DNA of 64,000 nt, from positions 19,962 to 83,961 of the forward strand of contig JACOZP010000006.1 in NCBI GenBank assembly GCA_016181265.1, in the 5' to 3' direction. The notes below the pieces were generated by a model. The model was not told the DNA's origin, ran no database searches, and was given only the letters and a program-made list of their open reading frames with translations. This document shows, piece after piece, positions 55,794 through 64,000 of this stretch (positions are counted from its first letter, which is position 1; the number at the start of each line of letters is the position of its first letter). This DNA comes from Candidatus Woesearchaeota archaeon (GTDB taxonomy: Archaea; Nanobdellota; Nanobdellia; Woesearchaeales; GW2011-AR9). The position numbers and the translations under genes were made by a program.

Positions 55794-56306
55794 ATGGATG
55801 TTGAACGAATTCAGAAAATAAATAGTCTCGCTGTTGAATTAATGAAAAAAGGCTTGGCTACAGACAGAGAAAACGCAGTCGTACAAGCAGAACAGATTTA
55901 TCGGAATACAGATACAGAAGGATATAGCTCACTCCGTGATACGCTCAGAGAAGTTAAAGCTGAAGCTTCTCCTAAAAAAGAGATTGAATCGGCGGTGGAC
56001 CTCTCTCAAGACCAGATCAAAGAGATCTTAGAAAAAAATACAAAATTCTTAGTTTCTACCATCAAAGACTTCCAAGAGAAAATGGGAAATATGGAGAAAG
56101 AATTAGAATCATTGAAGACAAAACTTCGTTATCAAAGCATCCCTACGGCGAAAGAGATTATTGTTGATGCTCCACAACAGGCTAGTCGCCCAAGACCAGT
56201 AGAACAGCCAAGAGGAGCTCCTACGACGAATACACATCCTCGTTCGGGAAATTATAACGAACAGGATGTCTCCATCGAAAAATTCTTTTATATGGGAAGT
56301 AAGTAA
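55794..56306 (+). CDS. Hypothetical coiled-coil protein
   Basis: GAGGTGG Shine-Dalgarno; coiled coil, Pro-rich linker, terminal HPRSGNY...DVSIEKFFYMG. Confidence 0.8.
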   Translation: MDVERIQKINSLAVELMKKGLATDRENAVVQAEQIYRNTDTEGYSSLRDTLREVKAEASPKKEIESAVDLSQDQIKEILEKNTKFLVSTIKDFQEKMGNMEKELESLKTKLRYQSIPTAKEIIVDAPQQASRPRPVEQPRGAPTTNTHPRSGNYNEQDVSIEKFFYMGSK

Positions 56307-56354
56307 CTTCCCCGTTTATTCTTGTTTAATTTTTCGTTTAATTTCTCTCTGATC

Positions 56355-56675
56355 TTATTTCCCTCTTCGAGAGAAAGTATGTTCTCGCTCAACCTGCGCA
56401 GCCATACGTTCTAAACCAGAATAGACTAAGCGAAACGAATGAGGATTAACTTCTCCTATAACAGCAGTGCCTCGTGATGGATCAAGATACGAAAGATACA
56501 CGAAAGCCTGTGGAAAGACTGGACGGAGAGAACGCACTTTATCAGGAGAGAGTTGTTCTAACCAATCCTCAGCATTGCCTACAACCGTGTATACCGGCCA
56601 TTGACGCGGAGATTGTACAAGCTGCTTTAGAACGCCATAATCTAAAGCATATCCATCGGTATTTTTTAAGATCAT
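56355..56675 (-). CDS. Hypothetical protein
   Basis: About 106 aa; CTTATAAA box about 25 nt before ATG 56675. Confidence 0.55.
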   Translation of the reverse strand: MILKNTDGYALDYGVLKQLVQSPRQWPVYTVVGNAEDWLEQLSPDKVRSLRPVFPQAFVYLSYLDPSRGTAVIGEVNPHSFRLVYSGLERMAAQVEREHTFSRRGK

Positions 56676-56833
56676 AAAACGACAAAACAAGAGGTTCTTT
56701 ATAAGATTTTCCAGTTAGATACTACTGCTGAGAGATAACCAAACCCCAAAATATAACCCCAAAACCAGAACATTTAAATAGAAAACACCAAAATAACACA
56801 GACAGGATACTACTTAGAAATGGAGACATAAAT

Positions 56834-58294
56834 ATGCAACCAATCTTCCGACATCTGGCTCTTGTAATGCTTTTTTCACTCTTCTTTACAGCCGCTGCTG
56901 AAGCTACAATCGAAATAAAAGATGAACAGATCCTATTTGATGTTGATTACAATCAATTCAGTTCAGATTCACAGAAACAGATCACGGCTAATGGACAGGT
57001 CAATCTTGCTAACACGGGAACAGAAAGCACCAGTCTCATCCTCTCGTTTAGCAACCTCCCCACAGGATATACTGTTGAAGAAAGTACCGCTATCACCCTC
57101 TCCGCAGGAGAAAGTAAAACCGTCTCATACACAATCCAAGTCCCCCATAAGAAAGACTCTGGTAAATCAACGATCGGAACACTTCTAGTCCAAGACACAG
57201 CAACTAAAGCGGTTCTTGCGAGCCAATCATTAATTCAAAACACAAAATCTATGCTTTCACTATATGAAATAGAAATAATCTATACCGATAAAGATGGCAA
57301 AATCCAGACTGAACAATTTACAACTGAAAACGATAAAAATGACCAGATCCAGTTGGATAACAGTATCAAACCAGGCACAGAAGTCAAGATGACATTCTCT
57401 ACCGAGAATCTTTTTGACCGAGATTATGATCAAGATTACGCAGAATTAGACAATATCGAACTAAATATAGAGCCAGATGATACAAGGCTCTTTGTCGACC
57501 GAAAATTTGAAGAGACGTACACTTTTGAAAACCTTGATGCGCGCAAGAAAGACGAAAAAGTGATCACATTTACTGTCGCCGACGACGTCGATCCGGAGGA
57601 ATTCGTCTTTGAAATCACTCTTAGCGGAGAAGACGGAAAGAGCCTTAGCCACAAAGTCAAAAAAGAACTGACTCTCTCTACTGAAAGAGTACGTGACGAT
57701 GTGCGCATCGTCAGTGCAGAAATAACACCCGAAAACCTAACTTGTGAAGAAAGTGTGAATCTTCATATTTTTATCCAAAACTACGGAACAAATGATCAAG
57801 ATTATACTGGACTCGTCATCCATAACCAAAAATTGGGGATAAATGAAAACCTCGCCAATCTCCATCTTTCCCGAGCATCCAAAGAAGAGAACACGTATGA
57901 GTATACGAAAACCGTTACTCTTCCCAAAAACATTCCTGTCGGGTCGTACCCGTTAGACGTGACCGTATTGATCAAAAAAAATGAGAAAGCGGATAATGTC
58001 ATCCTCCCGTTTAAAGTAGGAACTTGTACTGTAAACAACCCAACACTTCCAGAAAATAAAGAAGTTCAACAAACGCCAGAGGAACCATCAAAAAGCACGA
58101 ACGAACAGCCCAAAGTAACATCTACACCTGAAAAAACAACAGACAAACCTGCCACGAGCACGTCAACAATCATTAAGACGGTTGAAGATCCATACACGAG
58201 CGATGATCTTGCTACCGGCCTATTATTTGTAGGATTAATTATCATCACAGTCTTTATCACGTGGTGTCTCGTCCTCCTCTTTAAAAAGAACTAG
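56834..58294 (+). CDS. Cell-surface / S-layer-like protein with Ig-like (CARDB-like) domains
   Basis: Sec signal peptide, beta-rich IQNYGT...GSYPLDV repeats, Thr/Pro linker, C-terminal TM helix plus KKN. Confidence 0.8.
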   Translation: MQPIFRHLALVMLFSLFFTAAAEATIEIKDEQILFDVDYNQFSSDSQKQITANGQVNLANTGTESTSLILSFSNLPTGYTVEESTAITLSAGESKTVSYTIQVPHKKDSGKSTIGTLLVQDTATKAVLASQSLIQNTKSMLSLYEIEIIYTDKDGKIQTEQFTTENDKNDQIQLDNSIKPGTEVKMTFSTENLFDRDYDQDYAELDNIELNIEPDDTRLFVDRKFEETYTFENLDARKKDEKVITFTVADDVDPEEFVFEITLSGEDGKSLSHKVKKELTLSTERVRDDVRIVSAEITPENLTCEESVNLHIFIQNYGTNDQDYTGLVIHNQKLGINENLANLHLSRASKEENTYEYTKTVTLPKNIPVGSYPLDVTVLIKKNEKADNVILPFKVGTCTVNNPTLPENKEVQQTPEEPSKSTNEQPKVTSTPEKTTDKPATSTSTIIKTVEDPYTSDDLATGLLFVGLIIITVFITWCLVLLFKKN

Positions 58295-58388
58295 GGAAAG
58301 ATAAGAGAGGAATTGACAAGACTAAAGAAAGAGAGGAATAGATGTTCTTGAGAATAATCTCTAAAAAATAAAACATGAGGTATGCACC

Positions 58389-61073
58389 ATGAAAAACCGA
58401 AACTTACTGACAGCAGTAATCGCGGTATTGATCATCATCGCCACCGCAGCAATCGCTCTGGCTGAAGATCCAAGCTCGATTACGTTTACTAGCGTGTTAG
58501 TCAATGGAAAAGATGCCTCCGCATCTGAAGGAGTTACATTAAAACCATTGCAGACACTTGAAGTAACATTCAAAGTAAAAAATATCTTGAACGAAAAAGT
58601 AACAAAGATCACCAATGGGATCATCGATGAAAACGGTGATGTCGATAACTACAAGTTTACAGTCGATGGCACAACCCAATTCCATTTGGAAGCTGGCCAG
58701 GAAAGCGCTGTTCAAAAAATAACGACCACGATCCCTGCCGATGTTCCAAACGGAAAATACTTCCTAACACTCACCTCACAAGGGTACACCCTTGACGACA
58801 AACCAGTGAGCGTCAAGAAAGAATTTAATTTTACGGTAACACACGAAAAAGCAGAGATTGTCGTCAAAGTCGATCCTGTTGCTAAAAACACGTTAACATG
58901 TTCTGCTACCACCACGCTTAATGCGATGATTACCAACACCGGAACCGTTAAGGAAGATGATATTGTCACAAAAGTAATGGATGGCTCGACAGAGGTCTAC
59001 AACTCCCAAAAAGCAGGAGTAAATCTTACCCTTGCTGCTGGACAAAGCAAAAGCATCGCTATGCCTGTAACGATCACCACAGAAGGTCAGCATACACTTT
59101 CTGTCGAGACAGGATTTAACTACATTAATAATGTTCCAGCAAGCACTGCTAATACCGTCACGATCAGCATTGCAAAACAAGCCTGTTTGAGCAGCACGAT
59201 CACACCAACCAACACCGATCTTAAAGTATTGGATGGGACGACCTTAAACTTCGGAGTCTCTACGAACGAAGAAAATTACGGTAGTTCAGTTGTTTGGACT
59301 GTAGACGGAACGCAAAAAGGAACGGGAAAGACATTCAGTCAAACCTTTTCTACAGCAGGAACATTTACTGTCAAAGCAACTTTAAACCAAGAGTCTAAAA
59401 CGTGGAAAGTAGTTGTTGCTGACAAGCCGTTAGATCTTACTTCGTTTGGCTGGACACAAAGTCAGGTTGATGCGATCAGTGATCCTAGTAACGTTAAAGA
59501 CGTTGTCTTGAACACAGCTGAGGGATCAATCACTTTTACTCAACCGGTCGATCTAAGTGATATGCTTACGGTAAGTGATGTTATCAAGATCACCAGCCAA
59601 TCTGTCGCTGTCGACAGCGTAAAAGCACCTAGCCTCAACAAACCAGCAACGATCATGTTAAAGAATGTTGATGGAAAAGGAATCATCAAAGTGTACAAAT
59701 ACGATGGCTTTACTGATGCATCCGTAGTTGATAAAGCTGTTTCCTGTCCGGAAACCGTCTGCACCATCGGCAATCAACAGAATAGTGGGTTTACATTCTC
59801 TGTAACGGGGTTCTCAACATTCATTGCAGTGAGCCAGAAAGCAGCAGAACTTACTCTTCCGAGCGAGATTGTCATTGAAGACGGGAAAACGACAAGTAAC
59901 CTTAGCACGATATTCACCGTCCAAAACACTGGAACGACTGAAAGTGTTAAAAACATCGTCTTTGAACTCAGCAACTTCGCAAGCTCTGCCAATGCTAAAC
60001 TATTGAATGCACCAACTCAGCTCGCTCCCCAAGAGAGCAAGACGTTGACATTACAAGTCGATTCTGATAAGAATGCCAATTCCGGCAAAAAACTTATCGG
60101 AACAATTAAAGTGTCCAGCGACAAAGGCAGCAAATCAGTTCCTGTGTACACAAATTCAAAGAGCTTCCTCGTCATCGAAAGTGTAAAGATTAATGGTAAG
60201 ACCTCCGGAACACTTTCTTTAGTTGACGCAGAGAATGTCGTTGAAGTAACTGTCCGAAACGATTACACAGACCAAATGGATGACGTTGCCGTCACCGTTA
60301 AAATCCTTGATGTTGACGGGACCGATCTTGAAGAAGAATCAGAAGAGTTCAAGCTAAGCGAGAGCGATGATAACAAAGTTAAATTGACTTTTGACCTTCA
60401 CGAAGAGAATGTAGATAAAAAGCAATATACACTAGAAATCATTGCTAACGGAAAAGCAGATGATGGAACAACCCATGAGACGACCACTACCCAGATTGTA
60501 GACGTCGAAATCAAGAGCCACGACATCATCATCAAGAGGGCTTCTCTTCTCTCAGGGACAGCATTATGCGGCCAGCAATACGAAACGCTTGATGTCACCA
60601 TCAAGAATATCGGCAGCAACGACGAAGACAACGTTGAGATTCGCGTCAAGAACAGCGCACTGAATCTCGAGCTCTTCAAGAAGAACATCGAGCTCGATAA
60701 ATTCAGCGGCTCAGACAGCGAATTTGAAACAACGTTTACCGTTGACCTTCAGAAAGCGACAGCAGGAAATTACCCATTGACGATCGAAGTTTACCGCAAC
60801 GGTGTACTTCAGACTTCTTCAACGGTAACGTTGAGCGTCCAGAACTGTGGCTCCACAGGAGCAACTGTTCTCGGAACGAATGGTGCTGCTGGCCAAGATA
60901 CTTTAGCAAAACAGCTACAAGAACAGCTTAATGCTAAAGTAGCAGGAAATCAACCAGTCGTCAAAACGTCGCTTCGCGACAGCAATAGCTATGTCCTCTT
61001 GCTCGGCGGAATGGTCGTTCTGATCTTCGTCGCTTTGGTCTTGGCCATGGCGTTGATCTGGAAGAAGAAGTAA
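58389..61073 (+). CDS. Large cell-surface / S-layer-like protein (CARDB/PKD-like domains)
   Basis: Sec signal peptide, repeated TNTG/KNIG Ig-like modules, VWTVDG...TFSTAGTFTV, C-terminal TM helix plus KKK; C-terminal part resembles the upstream gene. Confidence 0.85.
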   Translation: MKNRNLLTAVIAVLIIIATAAIALAEDPSSITFTSVLVNGKDASASEGVTLKPLQTLEVTFKVKNILNEKVTKITNGIIDENGDVDNYKFTVDGTTQFHLEAGQESAVQKITTTIPADVPNGKYFLTLTSQGYTLDDKPVSVKKEFNFTVTHEKAEIVVKVDPVAKNTLTCSATTTLNAMITNTGTVKEDDIVTKVMDGSTEVYNSQKAGVNLTLAAGQSKSIAMPVTITTEGQHTLSVETGFNYINNVPASTANTVTISIAKQACLSSTITPTNTDLKVLDGTTLNFGVSTNEENYGSSVVWTVDGTQKGTGKTFSQTFSTAGTFTVKATLNQESKTWKVVVADKPLDLTSFGWTQSQVDAISDPSNVKDVVLNTAEGSITFTQPVDLSDMLTVSDVIKITSQSVAVDSVKAPSLNKPATIMLKNVDGKGIIKVYKYDGFTDASVVDKAVSCPETVCTIGNQQNSGFTFSVTGFSTFIAVSQKAAELTLPSEIVIEDGKTTSNLSTIFTVQNTGTTESVKNIVFELSNFASSANAKLLNAPTQLAPQESKTLTLQVDSDKNANSGKKLIGTIKVSSDKGSKSVPVYTNSKSFLVIESVKINGKTSGTLSLVDAENVVEVTVRNDYTDQMDDVAVTVKILDVDGTDLEEESEEFKLSESDDNKVKLTFDLHEENVDKKQYTLEIIANGKADDGTTHETTTTQIVDVEIKSHDIIIKRASLLSGTALCGQQYETLDVTIKNIGSNDEDNVEIRVKNSALNLELFKKNIELDKFSGSDSEFETTFTVDLQKATAGNYPLTIEVYRNGVLQTSSTVTLSVQNCGSTGATVLGTNGAAGQDTLAKQLQEQLNAKVAGNQPVVKTSLRDSNSYVLLLGGMVVLIFVALVLAMALIWKKK

Positions 61074-61106
61074 TCTTTTTGTTTTATTTTTTATTTTATT
61101 TTATGT

Positions 61107-61667
61107 TTAATTCTCTTTGGGGGATTTCCACTCTGAGAATAAAGTTGCCAGCTGATGTAATCCAGACCACATCTTTTCCATTCTTTCATTAATCAATCGA
61201 ACTAACCACTCGATCTCACCAGAAAACGATAATTTCCCATCCAGATATAACGGCATCTCAATAAATTCACTCCCGCGTAATTCTACGATAATCTTATTAC
61301 TCGCACTTAAGATACAGCTTTTCTTATACAGATGTCGTACTTTCTCCAACAACAGATTGGCGGCGGCGAGATCACGACATGCAATGTGCATGATCATTCC
61401 TTCCAAGCGCAGCCAGATCAACCCTTCATCAACTATTTCTAAGAAAGCTGGCTCAATGAGAGCATGACTCATTTTTAACCATTCCGTTTCATTTTTCTTC
61501 CCTGAACCGCTCCACAGATAAACTCGACCAGAACAAGAAGAAGTGGTATAATAATCAGAAGTTGCATTAATTGCTTGGATTAACGGAATGATCTTCTCAT
61601 CCACCGAACCTTTCTTTGACTTATCTAATTTTACTAGAAACGTCTTTTTTTCATTCTCGAATGTCAT
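61107..61667 (-). CDS. taw3: tRNA wyosine-pathway methyltransferase TYW3/Taw3
   Basis: DKSKKGSVD, YYTTSSCSGR, MHIACRD, IIVELRGSE. Confidence 0.92.
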   Translation of the reverse strand: MTFENEKKTFLVKLDKSKKGSVDEKIIPLIQAINATSDYYTTSSCSGRVYLWSGSGKKNETEWLKMSHALIEPAFLEIVDEGLIWLRLEGMIMHIACRDLAAANLLLEKVRHLYKKSCILSASNKIIVELRGSEFIEMPLYLDGKLSFSGEIEWLVRLINERMEKMWSGLHQLATLFSEWKSPKEN

Positions 61668-61720
61668 CTGTAACATTTTAAGACAACATTTTAAAAATAT
61701 TCCTACCATTTCAGCTCCAA

Positions 61721-62455
61721 ATGAGAAATATCGAGAAAGTCTTACTACATCGTAAAAGCAAAAAGATCTTTTTAGTCAAAGACCTTAGAGATAACTTCCA
61801 CACACCTTTTGGTACCGTTTCTAAAGTCGACCTTCAGAATAGCCAAGACATGATCAAGAGCGATAAAGGAGAACTGTTTACCATTTTAGAACCATCATTT
61901 AGCGACATTTACCCGCATCTCCAGCGTGGCCCGCAGATCATGATCCAAAAAGATATCGGCTTGATTCTAGCAAAAACAGGCGTGAACCATAATTCTCGCG
62001 TTGTGGATGCCGGAGGAGGAAGCGGCTCACTATGTTTATCGCTAGCTAATGTCTGCAAAGAAGTATTTGTCTATGAGATCAATCCCGAGCATTACGATGT
62101 TGTGCAGAAGAATATTAAACTGCTTGGGCTCACAAACGTAACTCTTAAACAAGAAAACGTCTACAAAGGAATCACTGAAAAAGATGTTGATCTTGTCACG
62201 TTCGACCTACCGGAACCATGGTTAGCTTTAGAGCACACAGAGAAAGCGCTAAAGACAGGAGGCTGGCTGGTAGTATATTTACCAAATTTACATCAAGTTA
62301 AAGAATTTCTTGATGCGACGAAGAAAACAAAGATTCATGTTTTGGAAACTATTGAATTATTAGAACGGAAATGGAAAATCGAAGACAAGATCATGCGCCC
62401 CGAGTTTGAGATGTTGGGACATACGGGTTTCTTGACGTTTGCCAGGAAGTTGTGA
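61721..62455 (+). CDS. trmI: tRNA m1A57/58 methyltransferase (TrmI/Trm61)
   Basis: RGPQIMIQKD, VVDAGGGSGSL, FDLPEPW, RP...MLGHTGFL. Confidence 0.93.
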   Translation: MRNIEKVLLHRKSKKIFLVKDLRDNFHTPFGTVSKVDLQNSQDMIKSDKGELFTILEPSFSDIYPHLQRGPQIMIQKDIGLILAKTGVNHNSRVVDAGGGSGSLCLSLANVCKEVFVYEINPEHYDVVQKNIKLLGLTNVTLKQENVYKGITEKDVDLVTFDLPEPWLALEHTEKALKTGGWLVVYLPNLHQVKEFLDATKKTKIHVLETIELLERKWKIEDKIMRPEFEMLGHTGFLTFARKL

Positions 62456-62579
62456 ATCAGAGAAAACTATTTTGATAGAAAGTTAAATCAGAGATGAAAT
62501 TTCTATTGACAAGATTTTTGTATAACATCTTATTTCATCTCTCCGCTTGATTCAGTTTCTGATCTACTTCAACGCCATC

Positions 62580-63530
62580 CTACTTCAACTTTTTCAAATT
62601 TGGTTTTGTCTTCACACCGTGAGGATTTGGCAACCCATCTACAGACTGCCAGGGAAAAACCCGCAACGAAGGATCACAATTTTGATCATAAGGAACCAAG
62701 TTTAATTGTTCAATGTCCCGTTCCACCATCTTCCAATCATAATCAAAAAGAGGATTATGAGCATTTCCTAAACGGTCGAAAATACGGACTTCATACGACA
62801 AGCGAAGCCAGGTTCGGCAAGTATCCTGCACTGCATCATCTCCACGATGCACACAATAAGCATTCATTAGAGTAAGTTCAAATGGAGAAAAACGTATTGC
62901 GGATTGACTATTAGCCATAGCGACTTGGCGATTAAATTCCCAAAAGAAATCATGCTTAGCTATATCTAGGTTATCTAAGAAAAAAGGTTGCGGATAATAG
63001 ACAGTGGGAATAGTATCTGAAATAGTGTAGGTATGATTGATTGGCAACGGAGTAGGCCAGCGGGCTCCTTGAAAACCATCGACGTGGCAAGGTGCTTCCC
63101 TATGCAGAGTTCCTGCTTTTACAGTTCTTTGATCAATAGTTAAGTAACAGTAGTACACACTATGTTGTGGATTGATGGCCTCTTCTATGTTAGCTACCCT
63201 GCTAATTACATCTTTAAATTGCGCTAATTCTTTTGGCAAACGATAATCCGTGCCAGGAAACCTTATCGGCATGTCCAATACTCTGGTGACCCCAGGTCGA
63301 GAAAAAAAATCTCGTTGCTCTTCAGGCAAATATCCAAAAGAGACGGGTACTCTTGGAATCTTAAACTGCTCTAAATCCCATAATGTGTTTAGGTCTTTAA
63401 TCACCCGTGCATCCCGACTATAATGTAAATCAGAAATCCCGTTTGGAGTAAAGATAATTGGATTTTCAGTTGAAAATAAAGGAACAGAATAATGTTTCCC
63501 ACTGTAAGTAAGCTGCTGCATCTCAATCAT
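62580..63530 (-). CDS. Putative Fe(II)/2-oxoglutarate dioxygenase-fold protein
   Basis: VLDMPI, YLTIDQ, CHVDG (HxD), CVHRG (distal His), RTWLRL (2OG-binding Arg). Confidence 0.65.
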   Translation of the reverse strand: MIEMQQLTYSGKHYSVPLFSTENPIIFTPNGISDLHYSRDARVIKDLNTLWDLEQFKIPRVPVSFGYLPEEQRDFFSRPGVTRVLDMPIRFPGTDYRLPKELAQFKDVISRVANIEEAINPQHSVYYCYLTIDQRTVKAGTLHREAPCHVDGFQGARWPTPLPINHTYTISDTIPTVYYPQPFFLDNLDIAKHDFFWEFNRQVAMANSQSAIRFSPFELTLMNAYCVHRGDDAVQDTCRTWLRLSYEVRIFDRLGNAHNPLFDYDWKMVERDIEQLNLVPYDQNCDPSLRVFPWQSVDGLPNPHGVKTKPNLKKLK

Positions 63531-64000
63531 TTTTTTCACCCGTCGTTTTCCTTTTTTCTGCTCCCCCTAAAACTTTCAAATTCCAAATACCATCTGCCAA
63601 GGATGCGAGATTGCCAAAACCTTTTCCTTGGATAGCGTTCTTGAAATCTCGTAACTGCCCAAGGTAGAGATTACGTTTTTCAAAAGGCAATTCATCCCCT
63701 CCGATTTTAATTTTACCACCCCCTCGAGAACCAAGAGTCCAGGTAGCAGAAGCGTAATCATTTTTACCGTAAAGATCAAATTGAAAAGGAGATTTATAAA
63801 GAACAGAAGTATAGATGCTTACGAAAGTATCATTCATTTTATAAGAGAGTAATGCTGATTCATCGTTCTTACCATATTGCAGATTATTTGTTAAGAGGGA
63901 TAGATCCTCGACCAAAGGAGTATCTTCATTTAACAACCAGCTGGCAAGATCAACGCAGTGAGTGCCTAAAGCACCAAGAGACCACCAAGGAGAAGAATCA
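63523..64000 (-). CDS. Gfo/Idh/MocA-family oxidoreductase, C-terminal part (5' end beyond window)
   Basis: The frame extends to the window end: WWSLGALGTHCVDLASWLL...DESA...YLGQLRDFKNAI...ASLADG, typical of the family's C-terminal domain. Confidence 0.7.
   Translation of the reverse strand, partial: DSSPWWSLGALGTHCVDLASWLLNEDTPLVEDLSLLTNNLQYGKNDESALLSYKMNDTFVSIYTSVLYKSPFQFDLYGKNDYASATWTLGSRGGGKIKIGGDELPFEKRNLYLGQLRDFKNAIQGKGFGNLASLADGIWNLKVLGGAEKRKTTGEKND

Noticed and set aside
62456..62579. TTGACA...TATAAC resembling a bacterial sigma-70 promoter
   Set aside because: The spacing is only about 9 nt and the site lies between convergent gene ends.
1..64000. Numerous 60-190 aa track ORFs nested in or antisense to identified genes (e.g. 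12768-13331, 24786-25274, 35594-36166, 45128-45550)
   Set aside because: They overlap well-supported genes completely and show no motifs or start signals.
1..64000. Alternative genetic code or programmed recoding
   Set aside because: Conserved genes are full length under the standard code and end in TAA, TAG or TGA; the only two disruptions are explained by a duplication and a deletion.

Overview
This is a gene-dense archaeal chromosomal segment. TFB, uL1-uL10-P1, eS17, GatD, TYW3, TrmI, PAC2, intron-containing tRNAs and TATA-box promoters establish the domain. Bacterial-type MetK, AhcY, Fpg, RadC and GrpE-DnaK-DnaJ, together with giant cysteine-rich surface proteins and K/R-G-Q pilin-type leaders, point to a DPANN archaeon, most likely Woesearchaeota (inference). 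The most striking locus is a translationally coupled four-gene operon (39029 to 27625, minus strand). It encodes two pilin-leader proteins, a 1920-aa cysteine-rich surface protein, and a secreted 1026-aa enzyme combining EEP, SGNH, lambda-lysozyme-like (GH104) and a second SGNH domain. This is a candidate cell-surface machine for attacking bacterial envelopes. Features missing from the ORF track include three related 44-53 aa mini-pilin-like genes, two coupled 42-aa ORFs, and a tRNA-Leu with two introns (one in the T loop). Also missing are a 29-bp promoter-proximal motif present twice 45 kb apart, double-hairpin elements flanking dnaK and downstream of a Bro-N gene, candidate operators for two HTH regulators, and two pseudogenes. 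No CRISPR array, rRNA, integrase or transposase was recognised. All product calls come from reading motifs by eye; no database search was run.
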